Assembly: GCF_023055435.1 (NCBI RefSeq)
Contig: NW_025963791.1
Location: 41,726,001 to 41,790,000 of the forward strand
Origin: Haliotis rufescens
Taxonomy: Eukaryota
Length of the DNA stretch: 64,000 nt
Reading direction: 5' to 3'
Shown here: in pieces, positions 1 to 12,500 of the stretch
Layout of the letters: every line of letters begins with the position of its first letter
Numbering within the stretch: position 1 is the stretch's first letter
Notes under the pieces: model-generated
Told to the model about the DNA's origin: nothing
Seen by the model: only the letters and a program-made list of their open reading frames with translations
Database searches by the model: none
Translations under genes and position numbers: made by a program

Positions 1-396
1 ATGACATGCATCAACCAAGCCAGCGAGCCTTACCACCCGTCTCTATACTTACACCTAAGACAGTTAGCCCAGGCATAACAATGTTTGGATCCACCAATAT
101 CTGTATTCAACTGATTGTTTCAAATTGGTGCATAAAGTGACCCTGAACATAAAAACTGAAACTCATTTGTTTCTGCGTTCAAATTGACCAATCGAAGATA
201 CTAGTTCTCAACAGACGTCCCGCCACAATGTCCCAGGGCACCCGCATTGTTGACATCAAGATCTGGGTTCGAATCCCCACATGGGTGCAATGTGAGAAGC
301 ACACAGTGATATAGCGGGAACCGGGGTGAAAAGTGGTGGGAAAACCCTACTTAATAGCTGAATGACATATGTACGTATGACTCCAAGGTGACTTAC

Positions 397-506
397 TAGT
401 TGCAGGGTTGGCCAATGACTGCAGCGATGGCCCGCTGAACGCCACTGAGTGCCTGGGTGGGCGTATATACATCTAGACCATCCTCTGAAGGGACACACAC
501 TGCAGC
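397..506 (-). CDS. AOX-like exon 20
   Basis: [18 protein letters not shown]...IAAVIGQP. Confidence 0.88.
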
Positions 507-3500
507 CTGCAACACGAGACATGGATTCATCTCAAAGCATAACCCTGTCAATCCGGAAACCCTACTTACGAGTGAGGTGAATCGAAATGGGGTTAAAAGT
601 CGCGTTCAAGATCATTGCACTTATATAGTCGAGGGCCAGGCAGCGAAACAACAAAATTTAGTATCAAGTTTTTAACGTCTTTTGTTATTACGTTGCTGGG
701 GGTCGAACTATTGACCTTCCGCAACCGGGTAGACGCTCTATCAACTACACCACGGAGGCGGCCCTACGTACGAGTGATCACTGATTTACTACTACAGACT
801 GATGATTAATCCAGACATTTGTGTGTGCGGGGCATTGACTGGGTACAAATATTTTACCGTATGTGAACCAAACGGTGTGTATCAGAGTATCCACATCAGT
901 AAGACAGTGCTTTGGTTTAACAAATGATAATATGTCATCAAATGCTGTTCTAATATACATTCAATATTCAATGTCTCGGCAATCAAAGTGTTTTGCAGAA
1001 GCCAAAATGTACGAGCGATTAGGGAAAAACGTCACCGCGTTTTAGTTGTGTCGTGGAATGTCAGCTTAATGTGGAAGGAACGGTCACATTGAAACAAGCA
1101 CGGGTGTGGGCTGGTGAAAGAAGCACGTGTGTTGGTTGGTGTAATAACCAGGGGTGTGTTGATGTAACAAGCAGGGGTGTGTTGGTGTAACAAGCAGGGG
1201 TGTGTTGGTGTAACAAGCAGGGTGTGTTGGTGTAACAAGCACGTGTGTGTTGGTGTAACAAGCAGGAGTGTGTTGGTGTAAGAAGCACGTGTGGGTTGGT
1301 GTAACAAGCACGTGTGTGTTGGTGTAAGAAGCACGTGTGGGTTGGTGTAACAAGCAGGAGTGTGTTGGTGTAACAAGCACGTGTGGGTTGGTGTAATAAC
1401 CAGGGGTGTGTTGATGTAACAAGCAGGGGTGTGTTGGTGTAACAAGCAGGGGTGTGTTGGTGTAACAAGCAGGGTGTGTTGGTGTAACAAGCAGGGGTGT
1501 GTTGGTGTAACAAGCAGGGTGTGTTGGTGTAACAAGCAGGGTTGTGTTGGTGTAACAAGCACGTGTGGGTTGGTGTAACAAGCAGGGGTGTGTTGGTGTA
1601 ACAAGCAGGGGTGTGTTAATGTAACAAGCAGGGTGTGTTGGTGTAACAAGCAGGGGTGTGTTAATGTAACAAGCAGGGGTGTGTTAATGTAACAAGCAGG
1701 GGTGTGTTGGTGTAACAAGTAGGGGTGTGTTAATGTAACAAGCACGTGTGTGTTGGTGTAACAAGCCAGGGTGTGTTGGTGTAACAAGCAGGTGTGTGTT
1801 GGTGTAACAAGCAGGGGTGTGTTGGCGTAACCAGCAGGGGTGTGTGTGTTTGTGTAACAAGCCGGGGTGTGTTGGTGTAAAGAGCAGGGGTGTGTTCGTA
1901 TAACAAGCAGGGATGTGTTTGTGTAACAAGCCGGGGTGTGTTGGTGTAACAAGCAGGGATGTGTTCGTGTAACAAGCACGTGTGTCGGTGTAACAAGCAG
2001 GGGTGTGTTGGTGTAACAAGCAGGGGTGTGTTGGTGTAAGAAGCAGGGTGTGTTGGTGTAACAAGCAGGGTGTGTTGGTGTAACAAGCAGGGTGTGTTGG
2101 TGTAACACGCAGGGTGTGTTGGTGTAACAAGCACGTGTGTCGGTGTAACAAGCAGGGTGTGTTGGTGTAACAAGCACGTGTGTCGGTGTAACAAGCAGGG
2201 TGTGTTGGTGTAACAAGCAGGGGTGTGTGTGTTTGTGTAACAAGCCGGGATGTGTTGGTGTAAAGAGCAGGGGTGTGTTTGTGTAACAAGCAGGGATGTG
2301 TTCGTGTAACAAGCAGGGGTGTGTTCGTGTAACAAGCACGTGTGTCGGTGTAACAAGCAGGGGTGTGTTGGTGTAACAAGCACGTGTGTGTTGGTGTAAC
2401 AAGCAGGTGTGTGTTGGTGTAACAAGCCAGTGTGTGTTGGTGTAACAAGCAGGGGTGTGTTGGTGTAACAAGCAGGGGTGTGTTGATGTAACAAGCAGGG
2501 GTGTGTTGATGTAACAAGCAGGGTGTGTTGGTGTAACAAGCAGGGGTGTGTTGATGTAACAAGCAGGGGTGTGTTGATGTAACAAGCAGGGATGTGTTGG
2601 TGTAACAAGCAGGGTGTGTTGGTGTAACAAGCAGGGTGTGTTGGTGTAACACGCAGGGTGTGTTGGTGTAACACGCAGGGTGTGTTGGTGTAACAAGCAG
2701 GGGTGTGTTGATGTAACAAGCAGGGGTGTGTTGATGTAACAAGCAGGGTGTGTTGGTGTAACAAGCAGGGGTGTGTTGGTGTAACACGCAGGGTGTGTTG
2801 GTGTAACAAGCCGGGGTGTGTTGGTGTAACAAGCAGGGTGTGTTGGTGTAACAAGCCGGGGTGTGTTGATGTAACAAGCAGGGTGTGTTGGTGTAACAAG
2901 CAGGGTGTGTTGGTGTAACACGCAGGGTGTGTTGGTGTAACAAGCAGGGTGTGTTGGTGTAACAAGCAGGGTGTGTTGGTGTAACACGCAGGGTGTGTTG
3001 ATGTAACAAGCAGGGTGTTTTGGTGTAACAAGCAGGGTGTGTTGGTGTAACAAGCCGGGGTGTGTTGATGTAACAAGCAGGGTGTGTTGGTGTAACAAGC
3101 AGGGTGTGTTGGTGTAACAAGCAGGGTGTGTTGGTGTAACACGCAGGGTGTGTTGATGTAACAAGCAGGGTGTGTTGGTGTAACAAGCAGGGTGTGTTGG
3201 TGTAACACGCAGGGTATGTTGGTGTAACAAGCAGGGTGTGTTGGTGTAACACGCAGGGTGTGTTGGTGTAACATGCAGGGTGTGTTGGTGTAACACGCAG
3301 GGTGTGTTGGTGTAACAAGCCGGGGTGTGTTGGTGTAACAAGCCAGTGTGTGTTGTCGTAACAAGCCGGGGTGTGTTGGTGTAACAAGCGCGTGTGTGTT
3401 GGTGTAACAAGCAGGGTGTGTTGGTGTAACAAGCACGTGTGTGTTGGTGTAACAAGCAGGGTGTGTTGGTGTAACAAGCCGGGGTGTGTTGGTGTAACAA

Positions 3501-6500
3501 GCAGGGGTGTATTGGTGTAACAAGCAGGGGTGTGTTGGTGAAACAAGCACGTGTGTGTTGGTGTAACAAGCCGGGGTGTGTTGGTGTAACAAGAAGGGGT
3601 GTGTTGGTGTAACAAGCAGGGTGTGTTGGTGTAACAAGCAGGGGTGTGTTGGTGTAACAAGCCGGGGTGTGTTGGTGAAACAAGCACGTGTGTGTTGGTG
3701 TAACAAGCAGGGGTGTGTTGGTGAAACAAGCAGGGGTGTATTGCTCATAAACCAAGCAGCATATTCAAGGCATATCATGGCCCAGGGGATGCAACTCTGC
3801 ACAGTGAATTGTGGCGATCTACATCACATGACCATGACTTATTTACAGATAATCTAATTAATAATCTCACTTTCGGCATTCCATCCATATTAAGATGCCA
3901 CTCATTATACGTAAAGCATTATGCAAAGCTCATTTACTTAATAAATGTTCAGTCGTCGAATTCGTAACGTTAAAAATATTGTCACCGTGGTACTTACGTT
4001 GTTCTCGAGGTAGAAATGAAACAGGTTCTCCATGGTACACTGGCCCTCCACTGTCGAGGATGAGGCAGCCATGGCGTCTGTAGAAACAAGAACTACCTAA
4101 ACCCTTTTGGATTAAGAAAACTCAGCTAATCACAAAAATAGTCATGTTTCACATGAGCTTCCTGTTTCACAAAATCAGACATACACCTATATCTGTAACG
4201 GGCGCCTCAAACCAATATGTCCAAGGTGGTGGAACTAATAAACAAGGCCACTTCATATATTTCCTCATAGTTAGATAAAGAATGAATGTGTTTTCTAAAG
4301 AGGCCTGAAACACTTGCATAACAAACATATGCTGTAATACCGTGAAAGAAATTGATCACAGAATCATTAATCTTACTCTGACGATAAAATGGTGGCGGCC
4401 CATCTAGTAGCTGATATATTTGTACTATACACCTTTATCAGTTGTAAGTTCAGAGATTATTCCTCTACCTGTGTAGAACAGGTACCTGGAATATACTACA
4501 ATGTAACCTTCTCCAAATGTACCTCCGTTTGGTGGGCAATGGCAATGGTGGGGCAAACTCACGTCTTTTTTATCACAAAAAGCCCACGAATTTGTGTTAA
4601 GAGTATTGTGTTTTGTAGCTGGACCTTCACCAGATCCCCAGTCACGTGTCTACCCCTGACACCAACCACCCCAATACACCCGCTCACCCGTTTCACGAAC
4701 CTTGCCAAGAATTCAAACTTGATGATGTATATATAATTTGTTATCATGCAATGTCACAGAGAGTTTTCCGTGTTAATGAGTAACTTTGTATTCTAACATT
4801 GCCATAATTATAATCTGTGTGCCTTCCCTTGAATGTCCATCATCAATTCTTACCCACCTACCCCATTCGCACCCCCACAGCCGTCGCAGTTTATAATGTG
4901 TCAAGCAAACAACGTCCAATGTACGTCATATTACAAGATCGTGCTGTAGGCCCTAATTTACTTTATGAAAAACAGAAACAGTTTGTCTTAACCTTCAAAA
5001 TGATTGCCATAGTTACAATACGTGTGCCTTCCCTTGAATGTCCATCATCAATTCTTACCCACCTACCCCATTCGCACCCCCACAGCCGTCGCAGTTTATA
5101 ATGTGTCAAGCAAACAACGTCCAATGTACGTCATATTACAAGATCGTGCTGTAGGCCCTAATTTACTTTATGAAAAACAGAAACAGTTTGTCTTAACCTT
5201 CAAAATGATTGCCATAGTTACAATACGTGTGCCTTCCCTTAAATGTCCATCATCAATTCTTACCCACCTACCACATTCGCACCCCCACAGCCGTCGCAGT
5301 TTATAATGTGTCAAGCAAACAACGTCCAATGTACGTCATATTACAAGATCGTGCTGTAGGCCCTAATTTACTTTATGAAAAACAGAAACAGTTTGTCTTA
5401 ACCTTCAAAATGATTGCCATAGTTACAATACGTGTGCCTTCCCTTGAATGTCTATCATCAATTCTTACCCACCTACCACATTCGCACCCCCACAGCCGTC
5501 GCAGTTTATAATGTGTCAAGCAAACAACGTCCAATGTACGTCATATTACAAGATCGTGCTGTAGGCCCTAATTTACTTTATGAAAAACAGAAACAGTTTG
5601 TCTTAACCTTCAAAATGATTGCCATAGTTACAATACGTGTGCCTTCCCTTGAATGTCTATCATCAATTCTTACCCACCTACCACATTCGCACCCCCACAG
5701 CCGTCGCAGTTTATAATGTGTCAAGCAAACAACGTCCAATGTACGTCATATTACAAGATCGTGCTGTAGGCTCTAATTTACTTTATCAAAAACTGAAACA
5801 GTTCGTCTTAACATTCAAAAGGATTAATCGCCCCTACACATCATAAACAACATGTTTTGTCAAATTTACGCATGTTACCAATTAAGCATGTCATTAAACA
5901 CGTATCGATATGCATATAATGAGTATGAACATTGCAGTAGGCACTTTAATATTTCATTATGAATGAAATGGCATTCACTGTACTATCAAAATCAAACTTA
6001 CACAATAACCATTAAAACTCTCTATTACCTTTTCCCCACATGATAGCATAAATGGTTGCGATGTTTTCACCGACCTGAAACTGTCTATTGTCTGTTCAGC
6101 GCTTCCATCGTTGACAACCAGAGTATGACTACATGGATATTGTATTTGATGTTGGGAGCCTCAATGACGCGAATGTTAGGTCACTTCATTAAGCTGAGGC
6201 CATATTCCCAGATGGAATTATAGAGCATTATTGAGACCCTATTAGAAGGGATTCATTTGGATTTCTACCATCTCTACCACTACCAAGGCGGAAAGGGAGA
6301 GTTGTTGGCAGCCAGGCAATACCGCTCCTAAAACATACACTGAATTCAAAACGCGCTGACTGCAGCCATTACAGAATGACATGAAAAGCCCAGAGTCACT
6401 GGAATAGCATGACGTATTTTGTAATTTAATCAGCATGCGAGGTTGATACAGCGGGATTTATTCATCACAACGACAAACAGCAGAGAAAGAACAGCGAGAG

Positions 6501-9500
6501 CCTGCAGCGGAACCAGGAATACTACCAATACCTTCAGAATGCTGGGATAAACAGCGCATAACACGTGTCTGTGGCGGTCATTGATAACATCCATGTGAAA
6601 TTTCGGGACAAGACATTTAGGCAAGAGGTAGGCATGCCCATAGCTACCGATTGTGCTCCCCTTCTTCTTAATCTGTTTCTTTATGTATATGAATCGGAAT
6701 ATCTGCTTAGATTGGCAATATCAAAACAAGGTAGTTTGGCCAAGAAGTTTAGCTTAAGCTTCTGAGGGCCGTTGTACAAAGTGATATTAGCTCCAAGGTT
6801 GTCCAATACCCCCAATACCTTAACATGGACATACGCCAGTCGTAGTGCTAAGAATGTTTTTTTGTACAACCGCAGCCTGGTATGTCGATGATCTGATACT
6901 GTTCATTGACCATTCAATGACCAATTTCCTTCCACTGATTTCCACACCTTAACTAGAAAAGAAGATGCCAGTGAAACTGCCTCATCTGTTTCCCATGTTG
7001 ATCTACACATAACGGTTCAGAGTGACAAGAAACTTTCCAGTAGTCCACTTTCCTTTTATGTCGAGCAATATTTCAGCTCCAGCCTTTCCTCTCTACATTT
7101 CACAACTTTTGTGGTGCAATCGAACATGCAATTTCTACGAAGATTTCAAACAGCATCATACGACCCTTGCTCAAAAGTTGTTTGATCAGGGTAACAACAT
7201 ATATGGCCTCAGTAAAGATTTCAATATGTTTTATCGTAGGCATGTGGAGGAATTTCCAAATTCAACGCATCAGTGACAAAAAGGATGTCTGTGGCAATTC
7301 CCCATTTTGATTTGTGCAATATGTGTTTTTCAGGTGAACATTTAACTTGACTTTGCATGTATTTGTAGCAGGATGCGCTCAACTTTACGTGAACACCTGG
7401 TGTCATCATTAATTGATAGTGATTCAAAAACACACGGTTATGATTTAGTCGGAATGGCACAATGCACTCTGCTTTTAGTAGACAGTTTTGTGTGTACTTA
7501 TATTGGCGCTAATCTCCTTCCACAAGCTGTATGCTCAAAGCGCTGACATTATTACCCCGGTCAATGGATGAGTGTGCACTCGATTCTTTTCATTCTGAGC
7601 TCCCTGGGGAGAAAACAATCGAAGCTGCATGTGAGGCGCTAGAAAGTTAACAGCCACTTTACATCTCATCCTACCGGGTACCCATTCACTGCTGGGTGAA
7701 CGCATTGCGAAATTCATCTTGGCAATGCTCATCTAAATTGTTGCTAAGCATCCCAGGGACGTATATGCCAATCTGTATAGATATTGTTTCTGTACCCCTT
7801 GCCCTGTTATGTCATTCTAATAATTAGAATTGATAAAGAAGCAGTTTGCATTGATGACGTGCACAATAGTTAAACGCCCTTGCACGTCATTAATAATATC
7901 CTATGTCAAATGTACGTCCATATTATCAATTAAGCATGTCATTAATGTATGTATCCATATATTTTCATAAAAGTGTTGTGACTGGTATTCCCAAATATCA
8001 CCAAACGCCAAGCTGAACAATTAAGCTTTACAAAGAGATCCATTTAATTTTTTTTTTGCATCATATAATAACATTTCTTAGGGTAGCGACAATCGGACAT
8101 ATTCATTAACATTATCCTGTAACCAATAACTTTTTTATACGCACAAAGATGTGAAGAATAACGAACACTTCGCATTGGGCCACCACCCAACAAGCCACCA
8201 CACCCATCTGCTTTCCACTAAACCGAGGAGCTATACCTTTCAGACGATTTTTTTATACGTTTCCTTTTCAATAGAAAATATCTAAAGCAAGGATATTATA
8301 CCCACAATATGAACTGTACTGGCGCTTCGTCAGCGCTCAAAGAAGGGTATATTTTTCAACATGTAATTTGGCAATGGTGTCTACATGATGTCAACAATGG
8401 TGTCTATATGACGTCAACAATGGTGTCTACATGTCGTCAACAATGGTGTCTACATTACGTCAGCAGTGGTATCTACATGTCAACAATTGTGTCTATATGA
8501 CGTCAACAATGGTGTCTACATGGTGTCAACAATGGTGTCTACATTACGTCAACAATGGTGTCTACATGATGTCAACAATGGTGTCTACATTACGTCAACA
8601 ATGGTGTCTACATGATGTCAACAATGGTGTCTATATGACGTCAATAATGGTGCCTACATGACGTCAACAATGGTGTCTTTATTACGTCAGCAGTGGTATC
8701 TACATGGTGTCAACAATGGTGTCTATATGACGTCAACAATGGTGTCTACATGTCGTCAACAATGGTGTCTACATTACGTCAGCAATGGTATCTACATGTC
8801 AACAATGGTGTCTATATGACGTCAACAATGGTGTCTACATGACGTCAAAAATGGCGTCTACATTACGTCAGCAATGATGTCTACATGACGTCAATAATGG
8901 TGCCTACATGACGTCGACATTGATAGCTATATAACGTCAACAATGGTGTCAACATGACGTCAACAACGATGTCTACAATACGTCAACATTGGTGTCTACA
9001 TGACGTCAACAAACCATAGGGTGTGTGAAATTACTCTCTGACGTTTATCAATGTATGCTAAAACGCTGAGTTCAAGATTAAAGGGTCTGAAAGATCACAA
9101 ACAACGCTTCTGTATGTATTCGTGATAGGGAATTCCGAGGGTTTCCCCCGGAATGTGTAAGTAGTCCGTCAGTGTTGACGTCATTTCAAGAATACGGTCT
9201 CATGAAAAACGTATGAACGTCAAATTCGCGGTCATGTGACCGACCCCTCGTCTAATGAAAAAGCCGTATATCGTTTAACTCCACATTAAAAGATTGCTAT
9301 CGATGTGCTGTATTTACTGTGTGTATAGGAATAAGGGGTTCCCGAACCTTCAGGTTCCCCGATCCTTGTTTCCTTCAGTGGGTTGGCGTGGTAGCTGTTG
9401 TTGTGGATGGCGTCCTGAACCGACAGTATTGGCGTCTCAGTATCAGTGTAGGTGACGGAAATCTGCCTCGATGCCTCCTCAGCCAGGCTCTGAGATTCTG

Positions 9501-12500
9501 CAAAACATGTGAGTGAGTGAGTTGTTGATTTGAACAGTGTTTTGTTAATATCACCGTGTGTCAGCTTTATGTTGGCGAAATCCCAACGCAGGGCGTGGTC
9601 GTGCACCACTCGAGAAGAAAAACACATGATTTTCACTATGGTGTTGGATGATCAAGATTCATCATCGGGGATTTGATCTCTGGGATTTGAACCCGCGGGT
9701 TCTGACACGGCTTGGAACGCACACCTGCACAACAACCCGCAGTGCCTTAGACCTATTGAGTGAGTGAGTGAGTTGGGTTTAACGCCGCTTTTAACAGTAT
9801 TCCAGTTATATCGCGGTGTGTCAGCTTAATGTGGGAGGAAAGCCCGAAGTGATGCAGGTCTCAGACGTTTACCACTGCGGTGAAACCCACGAGCACGGGT
9901 ATGGTGCTGACAAACCTAGAAACATAATCGGGGCGAACCGGGATTCGAATCCACAATAATATGTTTCTGGCGTGCCCAAGGGACGCAAGTCGGCACAGCG
10001 AATCGCGGTGCCTTAGACGACTGGGCCACCAGTGCCCCCTTAGACCTATTGAACACCCATGTCCACCCGATTCATGTGTTGACACAGGCCAATATAGTTA
10101 GTGGTCGCTGACTTTCAGTATAAAAGAATGATAAATGAAATACTTCAATGTCCATTCATACTGTCAATAACGCACACTTCAACAATATTGTTTTGTGCGT
10201 CACCATCACAAGCATGTAGTTCTGTTAACCGATGGGTGCTTAATTATCTGAAACATGTATAGATCAACTGGTTTTGTAATTAGTTATCTCAAGCATGTAG
10301 ATCGGTTTTTGTGTTTCAATATATCAAGCATAGAATTCAACAAACTGGCTCTGTTAACTCAGGCATATAGTTTACCAACTGGTTTAGCGTATCATTAAAT
10401 CAAACAGACTCACCTGCCACAAGGAATCCGATCTGTTGTCCTGCATGTTTTACATTGCCGCTACAGAACAGCTGCAAGATGTGAATAAGGAAATCCATTG
10501 ACAATATGTAGTGTTGACCATATGTTCCTAAACGCATCAACACCCTACACTCATCAACACCCTACACGCATCAACACTCTAGAGCATCAACACCCTAAAA
10601 GCATCAACACCCTACACGCATCAACACCCTAAAAGCATCAACACCCTACACTCATCAACACCCTACACGCATCAACACCCTAAAAGCATCAACACCCTAA
10701 AAGCATCAACACCGTACACGCATCAACACCCTAAAAGCATCAACACCCTACACGCATCAACACCCTAAAAGCATCAACACCCTAAAAGCATCAACACCGT
10801 ACACGCATCAACACCCTAAAAGCATCAACACCCTACACTCATCAACACCCTACACGCATCAACACCCTACACGCATCAACACTCTAGAGCATCAACACCC
10901 TACACTCATCAACACCCTATACGCATCAACACCCTACACTCATCAACACCCTATACGCATCAACACCCTACACTCATCAACACCATATACTCATCAACAT
11001 CCTATACGCATCGACACCCTACATGCATCAACACCCTACACTCATCAACACCCTATACGCATCAACACCCTACACTCATCAACATCCTACACTCATCAAC
11101 ACCCTACACTCATCAACACCCTTCACTCATCACCACCCTACATGCATCAACACCCTATACGCATCAACACCCTACACTCATCAACACCCTACACACATCA
11201 ACACCCTACTCTCATCAACACCCTACATGCATCAACACCCTACACGCATCAACACCCTACATGCATCAACACCCTAAAAGAATTTACGGGGACAATTTAT
11301 TTGTTCCGGAATATCATATGGTCGGTCCCTAAGTCTTAGAAGAGATTTTGCATATCTTAGTTATGCGTACAACCCAAACCATGAGTAGTATGTAGAACAA
11401 TTCACCCACCTCCTCCCTCTGCTGGGGGTATGACACCTGTTTCAGAGCATTGTTCTCGCCGGGAATGTCCTTGGCTGTAAAAAGTCTGACCACACCAGGC
11501 ATGTTCTGAAGCAGTTTAAACGAATCGGGTGTACAAATTGGGCTGAGGTGAAATGGGGCTTAACGCCTTGTTTTAGATTATATTACATACATGGTACGTG
11601 CGTGCTTGTGTGGGGCTGCTTTTATCAGTTCGAACTAATGCCGGTTTTATAGCAGTTGCCCACTGAGATAACGAAGCCACTCAGACACAGTTTACTGACT
11701 CGGAGCCGTCCAGGCCTTGTTTTAATTCCTAAATGCCGAGCGTCAGGCAGGATGAACAAGTACCATCTTTTAACAGCTTTTGGTATGGAATAAACCTACT
11801 TAGAGATCATGGGGATTCAATGGATGTAAAAAGCGCCGAGAAGCATTCACAGGACACAACCTACGAGAGCTTTTGTGGCGTCGATATCGATAACCTTGCC
11901 CTTGGCAACAGACGTGAGGACGAATGATCCATACAGTTGATTCTTCATCACCGGCAGATCATCCACGTACACTGCCTCCCCGGATGCCTGAGGATACAAA
12001 CTGGTTTTCATTGGTTGGATTAGTCGGTGAGGTTTCGTGATACAAGGGCGTGGCACCTCGATGAGGGAGGAAGGTTCATGCTAGACGTCTAGGAGAGCGG
12101 CGAAAAGTGTGCACTACAAACGACACTGAAGATGTAGTTCGTGGCAAAACGCTTGCAACTCAACTCTGATTTAAACAACATATTGTCAAGAGCAATCTTG
12201 GTTATCAAAAAGTCGAATATGCTTGTTGTAAGAGGCGACTAACGTGATCTTGCGGCCAGGCTCTCTGACTTGGATGATGCCTGTCATCGTATCCCAATTG
12301 CACGGATCGATGCTCATGACGTCAATCATTGGATTGTATGGTCCGGACTCGATTATGTACAGACCGCCGTCATATAGCTGGAATATTGCTGAGTGCGGCG
12401 ATAAAAAAACAAAAAACAAACAAACAAACAAACAAACAATCAAACAAACAAACTGTCTTTCCACACACCTGGAGCGGCGCGGTCAGTTTGGGCATCGGCG

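Noticed and set aside
1032-3802. ORFs of 680-907 aa
   Set aside because: Translations of a 22-24-bp minisatellite open in several frames inside an intron; no domain content
4817-5846. Five tandem small genes of 94 aa
   Set aside because: By-product of the 205-bp repeat; GTG starts, overlapping frames, antisense within an intron
10532-11280. 17-mer array as another splice-site-derived repeat (also the 23-mers at 8370 and 17415)
   Set aside because: Units share no recognisable sequence with the neighbouring junctions and stop 60-340 bp short of them
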